This document shows, in pieces, positions 46,477 through 56,339 of a stretch of DNA of 64,000 nt. The notes below the pieces were generated by a model, which was not told the DNA's origin, ran no database searches, and saw only the letters and a program-made list of their open reading frames with translations. Within the stretch, counting starts at the first letter, position 1; each line of letters starts with the position of its first letter. A program made the translations under genes and the position numbers. The DNA is taken from assembly GCA_963772725.1 (NCBI GenBank), contig CAVYYI010000003.1:810823-874822 (forward strand), read 5' to 3'. This DNA is from an uncultured Phycisphaerales bacterium (GTDB taxonomy: Bacteria > Planctomycetota > Phycisphaerae > Sedimentisphaerales > Anaerobacaceae).

Positions 46477-47657
46477 TCACTTCCTTTTATTACGAATACT
46501 TTTGCGAAACTCCGTAGGAGTAAGCCCTTTTTCTTGGGAAAAGTATCTGTCAATATGCTGGTGATTAGTAAAACCAAGGTAAAACGCTATTTGATCGATA
46601 GTGTCATCTGTGTTGAGAAGCATCTGCGTTACTTTTGCAGTGCGAAATTTGACAATCTGTTTGTGGATTGAAGTTCCAAGAATTTGTATAAACTTTCGTT
46701 CAAGTGTTCGACGTGACACGGCAATACTTTCTGCTATCATATCAACATACAAAGCTTTGTGACAATTGTTACGAATAAACTGCATTGCTTTTGCGACGAC
46801 TGGGTCTTCCACAGCCAGAATATCAGTTGAATGTCGATGAACTATATGTGTAGGGCCAAACATTACTTTAAGCTGACCTTTCGAAGGTTTGCCCCGTATC
46901 ATTTTTTCTAACAAAGCAGCGCTTTAAAACCTGCCGCCTCTGAATTAAATGCTACACTCGATAAATTGGGATAGCATAAGTCACAAATCAGTTCGTCATT
47001 ATCTGCTCCAATGATGGCAATATCATCCGGGACTCTGCGATTTGTTGTTTTACAGGCCTGAAGAACCTGCTCGCTGCGCTCATCAGCACAAGCCATCAAT
47101 CCGGCAGGAGATGGTAAACTTTTAAGCCATTCTTCAAGGAATGGCTGTTCTTTTTCCCATAAAAGGCCGCTGGCTATAGGTGGCTGTTTATAGATTTTTA
47201 CTTCATAACCAGCTTCTTTGACTGCGGCACAAAATCCTTCACACCGGAGTCGCGACCAGTACATATGATCGAATCCGCAATAAGCATAATTTTTGAAGCC
47301 CAGATCAATCAGGTGTTTAGCGGCCATTCGTCCGATGCCGTTATGATCCCCGACAATATTTCCACAGCCGGAAATCTCTTCTTCTGATTCGGAAGAAATA
47401 ACGACCGGAATATTACCAGGGATTTTGTTAGCAAATCCTTGAGTTTCGCGTAAGATGATTCCATCAGCACCCCAGTCATCTGCCATCATAAGAGCAGTAT
47501 CCTTACCATAAGGGTCACAGTAAGCAGGAGGTATTCGATATGTTTCCCATGGACCATAAGTGTTTGCATAATGCGTAATGCCGCGTATCAAGTTACGATC
47601 AAAAGCTCTGGATGTTTCAATTAAAATCATGATTCTCAATAGATGTTTATGCGTCAT
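46477..47657 (-). CDS. XylR-type regulator (periplasmic-binding-like plus AraC HTH), frameshift ~46915
   Basis: [38 protein letters not shown]. Confidence 0.88.
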
Positions 47658-47732
47658 TTTATGCCTCCTAAAAATAAACTATTAGTTTTTGTATTATAGT
47701 ATATCACGTTGTCAGCCTTAAAACAAGTTTGT

Positions 47733-47836
47733 TGTCGCAAAATTATCCTATATTTCCGCAAAATGGTATTGTAACTATTACTTAAAACTCCGACAATTAA
47801 GAAAAAATAGTGCTTACCCTCGAGAAATTTGAATGG
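47733..47836 (+). promoter_or_regulatory. Putative XylR/AraC-activated promoter, copy 2 (divergent from the regulator)
   Basis: CGCAAAAT at 47736 and 47757; same -35/-10 as copy 1. Confidence 0.65.
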
Positions 47837-47858
47837 CAAGGAGCGGGAGTAATTATTT

Positions 47859-47921
47859 ATGAAACGAGTTAAGGGTTTCACTTTAATTGAGTTATTAGTA
47901 GTAATCGCTATTATCGCGATG
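47859..47921 (+). pseudogene. Prepilin-type N-terminal methylation domain stub
   Basis: MKRVKGFTLIELLVVIAIIAM then unrelated sequence. Confidence 0.7.
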
Positions 47922-48111
47922 CCGATAAGAGAAACTTGGAAGATAGGAATCTGCGTTCAATCTGGTCATGAACAATTACTAAGAGCGTCTAACAAAAAGA
48001 GTACAGATGTCTGTTTTTATACTATAAACGCCATTTTCGTTCATTATGTTAGAGGTTCTAAGGGATGAGCTTAAACCAGCTTAGATCTTGAATTGAAGAA
48101 GGAGTTTTGTA

Positions 48112-49095
48112 ATGGCATTATATGGCGCAATTGAAGCGGGCGGAACGAAGTTTATCTGTGCGATAGCGGGTGCATTTGATGATATAAAGTCTCAAATCAG
48201 TTTACCTACGGAAACCCCTGAAAAGACGTTTTCAGCGGTGACGGCATATTTCGAGAATTTTCAGAAAAGCTCAGGAACAAGATTGGATTCGCTGGGAATC
48301 GCGTGCTTCGGCCCACTGGATTTGAACAAGAATAGTAAGACATACGGATTTATTACGACAACTCCCAAGGCGGGTTGGGGTAATACGGATGTAACAAATA
48401 CCCTTGGAAAGCGTCTAAAGGTTCCTGTAGGTTTTGACACAGATGTTAATGCCGCAGCCTTGGCAGAGTATTTATGGGGTGCCGGCAAGGGGCTGGATGT
48501 AGTTTTATATCTGACCGTAGGTACTGGTATAGGCGGCGGATTATATGTTAATGGGAAACTGCTGCACGGATTAATGCATCCTGAAATGGGGCATGTGCTG
48601 ATTCAGCAGAACAAAGTTGCAGATAAATTCCCAAGCTGCTGTCCATTCCATAATGGGTGTCTGGAAGGATTGGCTTCTGGACATGCCGTTGATTTGCGAT
48701 GGAAATGTCACGCATCTGAACTGCCGGATAATCATCCTGCATGGGAACTGGAAGCTGATTACCTTGCACAGGGATTGATGAATTACATAATGACAGTATC
48801 ACCCAAGAAGATAATTCTGAGTGGTGGTTTGATGAACAAGCAGCAGTTATATCCTCTTATCCGCAGGAAAGTATTTGGAAAATTGAACGGTTATATTCCG
48901 GTGCTTTCACTTGAAAAAGATATGGATAATTATATTGTCAGCCCCGGATTAGGCGACAAGGCTGGTATTTGCGGTGCTATTGCGCTTGCTATGGGCGTGA
49001 AACAGATTCCTGGTAGAGACATAAACTTAAGAAATTCAGAACTAAATAAAGACTTTTGCAAAATAGAGGAGATTGCAAGAAAAATAATGATATAA
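48112..49095 (+). CDS. ROK-family sugar kinase (fructokinase-like)
   Basis: IEAGGTKF, DTDVNAAALAE, GTGIGGG, HPEMGH, CLEGLASG. Confidence 0.9.
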   Translation: MALYGAIEAGGTKFICAIAGAFDDIKSQISLPTETPEKTFSAVTAYFENFQKSSGTRLDSLGIACFGPLDLNKNSKTYGFITTTPKAGWGNTDVTNTLGKRLKVPVGFDTDVNAAALAEYLWGAGKGLDVVLYLTVGTGIGGGLYVNGKLLHGLMHPEMGHVLIQQNKVADKFPSCCPFHNGCLEGLASGHAVDLRWKCHASELPDNHPAWELEADYLAQGLMNYIMTVSPKKIILSGGLMNKQQLYPLIRRKVFGKLNGYIPVLSLEKDMDNYIVSPGLGDKAGICGAIALAMGVKQIPGRDINLRNSELNKDFCKIEEIARKIMI

Positions 49096-49136
49096 CTCAT
49101 TATTTTACAAATAGTTATAAATTTTATAGAAGTCTT
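49049..49136. mobile_element. 88-bp MITE made of the two ends of the adjacent IS
   Basis: AAGACTTTTGCAAAAT...ATTTTATAGAAGTCTT; interior resembles 50724-50796. Confidence 0.8.
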
Positions 49137-49141
49137 GCTTA

Positions 49142-50796
49142 AAGACTTCTGCAAAATGAATGATTTTTAGCAGAGGTCGGAACGGATAAACAACGCAATG
49201 GCAGTGGAACTGATGGATTATTGCAGCATGAGTGTGAATTTTGGTTTTTTTAAGGCCAGAAGGCCTGTTTAGAGACAGAGTATCCCCGAGAGTTCTGTCT
49301 TAGCTCTTTGAAAAGTTAATCGTTCAACGTCAACTGAGACATCAGCCGGCCTTGCGTCGGTTTGGTATTTGTGCGAATGTTTTATGGCAACGCATTTTCC
49401 CGGGCTGTTTAAGCAATATAGCAGCGGCAACGCCGATAAGACTTGCCGTCAGATGAGCGATTGTCATCTGATTACGCACGGTTTTCAATGAATAGTGCGT
49501 AGTCTGTTCAGCTTCACGGTCTCCTAACCGAGCAAAGTATTGCTCGACTGATTCTCTTTGCTTGAAAGTTTCCTTAAATTCCCTTGAATCCCTTGGGACA
49601 CGCGAACGTGCATCTTCAGTGATATCAATGTACTTGGTACAGCCGTAGCATTTGCCGGTATTGAAGGATGGAAGGTTTACCGGACAGGTGTTACTAAGTT
49701 TTTCAGCAGTCTTTTTGCTGACCTTTAAGGGGCAGCGAAACTTGATGCGTTCACGATTGCCCTCGGTCCATCTTCCGGTCGACCTCATTTCAAGACCAGC
49801 ATCACAGATGGGACAGCCGTGAGGGCCAAAAGTCTTGTCATCTTTCTGATTTCTTGGGTTGATTGGGATATATGGGTTTCCCTTCATCTTTCCAACTATA
49901 AAGGTGTACAGGTCTCTGACATCGTAGGCCTTATCCGCAAGAAACAGAAAGCCTTTTCTGACCCTGTATCTGCGTTTGAGTTCTTTAAGCAGCTTGAAGG
50001 CAACCTGCTGGTCTGTGGTGTTGTTTGGCAGAGTTATTTCAACAAGCGATATTCCTTGTTTTGAGATTATGACATGTGTCCTGTATCCCCAGAAGAACAG
50101 CATGTTTTCCTTTTTGCCGTTGAGGACCTGACAAGAATAATAGCTCAATGTTGCAGCAGGATTTCGAGTGGGCGTCTTGGTTTTATCGGTGGTGTTTCGG
50201 GCGGGATTTTTGAGATTATTTTCTTTTGTGGCAGCCATAACAGGTTTGGAGTCAATGATCAAGGTATCAAGGCTGACTAATCCCTGTTCGATAAGCCGCT
50301 GATTTAGACGGTAATGAATTTCTTTGAGAACAGAGTTATCGGTATCTGCCAAGAAACGATAGAATTGGGATTCGTCCGGCATATTCCCGAGCGTAAAGCC
50401 GCACAGTTCCAGCAGAGGCGGATTGGCTTGAAGATATTCGATAAGCTCAGGGACAGATTTTATTTGCTGAAGATGTTTGACGATGAGTGCCTCTCAGGAT
50501 GGCATGTCGTGAGTGACCTGTTCTGCCGACACCGAAGTTTCTGTCGGGCAGAATGGAAATATCGAGAGCCTGAAAGAGATAGAAGTACTTTCGCAGCAGC
50601 GATGAATTTCTGACAAGCTCCTGGAGGTCATAAAATAGTGACGTTTGAACGTGGTACATAAAAAAATCTCCTTTATTTTGGTTGTAAGTCCTTTTACTGA
50701 CAACGCTTACATAATATCCAAAATGGAGGAGATTGCAAGAAAAATAATGACATAAGTCGTTATTTAACAAATATTTATGAATTTTACAAAAGGCTT
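49142..50796 (-). mobile_element. IS1182/IS5-like DDE insertion sequence
   Basis: IRs AAGACTTCTGCAAAAT / AAGCCTTTTGTAAAAT; 9-bp DR TCTTGCTTA; transposase 49342-50659 (frameshift ~50490) with IIDSKP, ADKAYD, RESVEQYF. Confidence 0.85.
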
Positions 50797-50824
50797 TCTT
50801 GCTTATAATAAGGAGAAATTTAAA

Positions 50825-52000
50825 ATGGCAGATGTAAAAGCAATTGAACAGGTATGTTTTGACCAGAGTCTTCAGGGCTTGGATCCAGCCTCGGTCCACC
50901 AGGTAAAATTGGCCAGTGGGCGTATAATGCCTGTTGCCGCGTTCGGCACGTTTCACTCTGATTGGGCACAAGATTACATGAAAGACGCCACGGTGGAGGC
51001 CATTCGACTGGGCTGGCGGCATATTGATACGGCTCGCGCATACGAGAACGAGGACGTGGTTGGTCAGGCTATTCGCAAAGCCATTAAGGAAGGTTATATC
51101 TCGTCCGCTGATGAGTTATTCATAACTGGTAAACTCTGGAACGGGGACATGAATCCAAAGGATGTAGCTACTGCACTGGATAATACACTCAATGCCTTAG
51201 GGGTGGACAAAATCGATATGTACCTCAATCATTGGCCATGGCCGAACGTGCACACGCCGGGATGTACAGGTGACCACCGCAATCCCAATGCGGTGCCTTA
51301 TATTCACGAAGCATTTTTGGAAACCTGGGGCCAAATTGTTAAATTGAAGAAGGCTGGCAAGATCGTGGATATCGGTACTTCAAATCACACCGAAGCATGC
51401 CTCAAACTCCTGCTTCGTGACGTGACCGAAGATGAACGGCCTCTCTGTAATCAGATGGAAATGCACCCATTGATGCAGCAGACACAGCTGCGTCGCTATA
51501 TAGAGTCACAAGGTATTGTCTGTATGGGCTACATGGCACTTGGTTCACCGAAACGCCCCGGGCGTGATACTTTTAAGGAGCACAGGGCCGATCTGATGGA
51601 CCCTGTCATCCAGTCGATTGCTGGGGAACTGGGAGTCTCGCCCGCACGGGTTGCTCTGAATTGGGCAGTGCAGCGAGAGAACAAGAGCGGCGGTTTCGTG
51701 GCTATGGCTACGCGATCTGACTGGATTTTGGAAAACCTCAAAGCTGCTACCGAGGATATCTTGACGCCGGAACATTTGCTCAGGATTTCGGGAGACGGTA
51801 CTTCGGAGAACCCTGGTATCGACGCCAACAATCGCCTGATATGGGGACAGGTCTTCTTATGGCCCGAAGCCGATGGCGACTGGCGCATACTGTGGAATGA
51901 CAGCCAGGTGTTCGAAACACGTAACGGCTACCGCAAGTTCAAGGCGTCTTGGGAAACGCATCATAAGGTTCAACTTGAAACAACGTTCAGAGGTTATTAA
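50825..52000 (+). CDS. Aldo/keto reductase
   Basis: HIDTARAYENE, ELFITGKLW, DMYLNHWP, IGTSN, NQMEMHP. Confidence 0.88.
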   Translation: MADVKAIEQVCFDQSLQGLDPASVHQVKLASGRIMPVAAFGTFHSDWAQDYMKDATVEAIRLGWRHIDTARAYENEDVVGQAIRKAIKEGYISSADELFITGKLWNGDMNPKDVATALDNTLNALGVDKIDMYLNHWPWPNVHTPGCTGDHRNPNAVPYIHEAFLETWGQIVKLKKAGKIVDIGTSNHTEACLKLLLRDVTEDERPLCNQMEMHPLMQQTQLRRYIESQGIVCMGYMALGSPKRPGRDTFKEHRADLMDPVIQSIAGELGVSPARVALNWAVQRENKSGGFVAMATRSDWILENLKAATEDILTPEHLLRISGDGTSENPGIDANNRLIWGQVFLWPEADGDWRILWNDSQVFETRNGYRKFKASWETHHKVQLETTFRGY

Positions 52001-52266
52001 TCCATAATATTTACCGTTCATGGGAAGTGAAAATGGAAGAACACATCGCGATTATAGAGGTATCGCCATTTGTCATAATAAAAGCTTTAAAAACGCGCGG
52101 CGTAGGCGCGTATCCTAAGGTTGGGATTTTTCAATCAAGAGCAGTATACATCAAAGTCAAACAGGTATTTGATGTTGGACGTGCTGTCTGAGTTATTCAA
52201 AATACCTGTGAACGGTTACATATAATTGACGTAGGTTAAAGCAAGTTAAAATTGAAAGGAGCGATT

Positions 52267-52677
52267 ATGAGTCTGACAAAGAAGTTGTTTATCTTGGGGG
52301 TTTTAGCGGTAGTTGCTTTATGCTCGACCGGATGTGAGCAAAAGCAGGTCAAACGTGTTGGGATGGTCATTGGTGTCAAACCGGAGAAGATTGCCGAATA
52401 TAAAGCGTTGCACGCAGATTCCAATCCGGGTGTCCGTGACTTGCTGTCCAAATATCACATGAAAAACTTCAATATTTTTATGTGCAGGTTTGATGATGGA
52501 AAATACTACGAATTTGGTTACTACGAATACGACGGCGATAACTATGAAGCCGACATGGCTGCGCTGGCCGCTGAACCGCGCAATACAGAGTGGCTTAAGA
52601 TATGTGATCCAATGCAGATCCCATTTCGAGGTCAAACCTCATGGAGCCAGATGGAGCGAGTGTACTATAACAAGTAG
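52267..52677 (+). CDS. L-rhamnose mutarotase family protein with lipoprotein signal
   Basis: KPEKIAEYKALH, FGYYEY.G..YEADMA; N-terminal LCSTGC lipobox. Confidence 0.8.
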   Translation: MSLTKKLFILGVLAVVALCSTGCEQKQVKRVGMVIGVKPEKIAEYKALHADSNPGVRDLLSKYHMKNFNIFMCRFDDGKYYEFGYYEYDGDNYEADMAALAAEPRNTEWLKICDPMQIPFRGQTSWSQMERVYYNK

Positions 52678-52877
52678 TCGAAAACGGCCTGGTAAAATCT
52701 TTTAAAGTGGCGATTCGAATAATGTTTTGTATGACAACCGCAAAGGCAAAAACATGATACCATATCAAAAGGTGTTTGGGAAACAGAGAATTGAGCCGTC
52801 TGTCCCAGATAGCCATCTAATCCAACCATTGGATTAGAAAATCATTGTGCGATAGGTTCAATAATGGAGAAATTAAG

Positions 52878-54570
52878 ATGAAAGACAAAACAAAGAACAA
52901 TGTAACGGCATCGCTGCGTAATATGAACTCACTGCATATCAAAACCTGTGTCCTATCAGTAACTGCCGCATTTTGCATGTTCCTTCCCGCTTCATTCGCG
53001 GCGGACGAGGCATCCGGCGAGAAGATGCTGGAAGGCCAGTTCAAGCCAAGCTGGGAATCACTGAAACAGTACAAGTGCCCCGACTGGTTCCGCGATGCGA
53101 AGTTCGGCATATGGGCTCACTGGAGTGCGCAGTGTCAGCCCGAACAGGGGGACTGGTATGCCAGGAACATGTACGTCCAGGGCAACGAAAGGTGTTATAA
53201 ATACCACGTCGAACACTATGGGCATCCGTCAAAGGTCGGGTTCAAGGATATCTGTAACATGTGGAAGGCAGAAAAGTTTGATCCGGATAAGCTTATCGAA
53301 CTCTACAAACGCGCCGGGGCAAAATATTTTGTTTCCCTCGCAAACCACCACTGCAATTTCGACTGCTATGACTCCAAGTACCAGCCGTGGAATTCGGTAA
53401 ATGTCGGCCCGAAGAAGGATCTTGTCGGCATGTGGGAAAAGGCAGCTCGTAAGAACGGTCTTCGCTATGGAATATCTGTCCATGCAGCTCGCTCGTGGAG
53501 GTGGTACGAGGTTGCACAGGGTTCTGACACAAACGGGCCTATGGCGGGGGTCCCCTATGACGGAAAGCTGACCAAGGCCGACGGCAAGGGACAGTGGTGG
53601 GAGGGCCTGGATCCACAGGACCTTTACGCGCAGAACCACAAGCCGGGCGAGAAACCCGACAAGGCGTACTGCGACAAATTCTTCAACCGGACTGTGGACC
53701 TCATCAACAAGTACAAGCCCGACCTTCTGTATTTCGACGACGGGGGGATGCCGCTCGCAAGCAGCAGCGATGCCGGTTTGAGGATTGCCGCGCACTACTA
53801 CAATTCCAGCATCCTAGTGGCACAACGGCAAAAACGAAGCCGTGATGAATACCAAGGCACTGAAAGGAGACCAGCGAAAATGCCTCGTCATGGACATTGA
53901 GCGCGGCAAAGCCGATGGCATCCTGCCCGAGCCATGGCAGACCGACACCTGCCTTGGCAACTGGCACTACTTGGCGAGTATATATGATAAGCACGGCTAC
54001 AAAACACCAACAACCGTTATTCATCTCCTTGTGGATATCGTCAGCAAGAACGGCAATCTTCTCCTGAATATCCCTGTCAAAGGCGACGGCACGATAGACA
54101 GTGATGAAGTCGCCTGCCTCGAGAGCATCGCCAAATGGATGAAACCGAACAGTGAAGCCATTTTTGGAACGCGCCCATGGAAAGTATTCGGTGAGGGCTT
54201 CCAGCAAGCCAAGTCGGCCAGCTTTCACTTGAATGAACGCAATCCGCAGGTTTACACGTCCGAGGACATCCGCTTCACGACCAAGGGCGATACCCTCTAC
54301 GCAATCGCCTTTGTTTGGCCAGAAACCGGGAAACTGACAATCAAGACTCTCGGCAAGAGGCAGACCGCTATCAAGGGCGATATTTCCAGCGTCCAGCTGC
54401 TCGGGTCGGATGCCAAGCTGACCTACAGCCGCCAAGACAACGGTCTCGTTGTCACCCTGCCCTCCCAGAAACCCTGCGAGCACGCCTGGGTACTGAAGAT
54501 CAACGGACTCGACCTTGCCGGGTCGGAACCGAACAGTGAGCTAGTAATTGTTCCTTCTAAGGATAATTAA
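52878..54570 (+). CDS. Alpha-L-fucosidase GH29, paralogue A (frameshift ~53815)
   Basis: DAKFGIWAHW, ANHH, LLYFDD, WQTDTC, VSKNGNLLLN. Confidence 0.9.
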
Positions 54571-54669
54571 TGAAAAAGTGCAAGATTTCGCTTGTAAACG
54601 GCAGCGTTTCACCGTTTATGGCGACGAGTAACTATTAAAGAAAATAACGATAATAATGGAGAAATTAAA

Positions 54670-56328
54670 ATGAAAAACAAAACAAGAACAAACGTAACGG
54701 CAACCCTGCCTTTGAAACTCGCCCTTATCAAAGCCAGCGCGTTGCTGCTTGGTCTGTCGCTCGTCGCGGCAGCCGCGCAGCCCAATCCACCCAGCCAGCT
54801 CAATTTGCCGCCGATTGCCGACGGGCCGTTCAAGGCGGACTGGAGTTCGCTCACGAATTACCAGACGCCGGAGTGGTTCCGCGACGCGAAGTTCGGCATC
54901 TGGGCGCACTGGGGAGCGGCTTCCGAGGCCGAGGGAGGCAACTGGTATGCGCGCAAAATGTATCAGCCCTACTACGCCAACGGAGACACTTACCGACAAC
55001 ACATCGCGCAATTCGGCCATCCCTCGATCATGGGTTTTAAAGATGTGGCTCATCGATGGAAAGCCGAACAGTTTAATCCCGATCAGTTGGTGGCTTTCTA
55101 TAAGGAAAATGGCGCGAAGTATTTCATGGCGCTGGCCAATTTTCACGACAACTTCGACAATTGGAATTCGAAATACCAGCCGTGGAATTCCGTCAATGTC
55201 GGCCCGAAGAAGGATGTGATTGCCGGCTGGGCCGCAGCGGCAAAGAAGAACAACCTGCCCTTCGGCGTGAGCCTGCATGCCTCGCGCGCGTGGGGGTGGC
55301 TTGCGGCGGCGAAGGGCGCGGACAAGGAAGGCCCGCTGGCCGGCGTGCCCTACGACGGCAAGCTCACGAAGGCCGACGGCAAGGGCCAGTGGTGGGACGG
55401 CCTTGACCCGCAGGACCTCTACGCCCAAAACCACAAGCCGGGCGCCAAGCCGGACGCGGCCTACCTGGAAAAGTTTTTCCTGCGCACCAAACAGCTCTGG
55501 GATGATTACAAACCGGACTTGATTTACTTCGATGACTATGTGCTCCCGATGCACAAAACCGGCGTCACGACCGGGCAGAAGCTTACGGACGAGATCGGCC
55601 TCAAGTTGGCGGCGCATTTCTACAATTCGAGCATTCAGCGCCACGGTCGGAACGAGGCGGTCATGAACACCAAGGGGCTCAATGAAATGCAGCGGCAGGC
55701 GCTTGTGTATGACATCGAGCGAGGCACGTCGGAGGTCACTCTTCCCCAGCCGTGGCAGACGGATACCTGCCTGGGAAATTGGTTTTACCAACACGACCTC
55801 AAATACAAATCCGCCCCCGAGGTCATCAGGTTGCTGGCCGACATTGTCAGCAAGAATGGCAACCTGATGTTGAGCGTGCCGCTGCAACGCGGCGGCCAGC
55901 CGGACGCGGAGGCAATCAAAATCGTCAGCGAAATCGGGGCGTGGCTGAAGGTCAACGGCGAGGCGATCTATGCGACGCGCCCGTGGAAGATGTTTGGCGA
56001 AGGCCCCTCTGTGAAGAGCGATGACAAGGGGGCTTTGGGTGGCCAGAGCGATGTGCAGAAAAAGCCGGTCAGAGCGGTGGACATCCGGTTCACACAGTCG
56101 AAAGACGGCAAGACGCTTTTCGCCATTGTTCTCGAAATTCCGAAGGACGGCAAAGTGACCATCAAATCGTTGGCGGCCAACTCCCCGAACTGGCCCGGCA
56201 AAATCGGCAGCGTGGAGCTGGTCGGTGGCGGCGAACTGGAATTCACCCGCGATGAAACCGGCGTGCATGTCGCGTTGCCGGGAAACTTCGCCGGCAAGAC
56301 AGCGTTCGCGTTGAAAATCCGTTCCTGA
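54670..56328 (+). CDS. Alpha-L-fucosidase GH29, paralogue B
   Basis: Same GH29 motifs, intact 552-aa ORF, high GC. Confidence 0.92.
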   Translation: MKNKTRTNVTATLPLKLALIKASALLLGLSLVAAAAQPNPPSQLNLPPIADGPFKADWSSLTNYQTPEWFRDAKFGIWAHWGAASEAEGGNWYARKMYQPYYANGDTYRQHIAQFGHPSIMGFKDVAHRWKAEQFNPDQLVAFYKENGAKYFMALANFHDNFDNWNSKYQPWNSVNVGPKKDVIAGWAAAAKKNNLPFGVSLHASRAWGWLAAAKGADKEGPLAGVPYDGKLTKADGKGQWWDGLDPQDLYAQNHKPGAKPDAAYLEKFFLRTKQLWDDYKPDLIYFDDYVLPMHKTGVTTGQKLTDEIGLKLAAHFYNSSIQRHGRNEAVMNTKGLNEMQRQALVYDIERGTSEVTLPQPWQTDTCLGNWFYQHDLKYKSAPEVIRLLADIVSKNGNLMLSVPLQRGGQPDAEAIKIVSEIGAWLKVNGEAIYATRPWKMFGEGPSVKSDDKGALGGQSDVQKKPVRAVDIRFTQSKDGKTLFAIVLEIPKDGKVTIKSLAANSPNWPGKIGSVELVGGGELEFTRDETGVHVALPGNFAGKTAFALKIRS

Positions 56329-56339
56329 AAGGATCGTGA

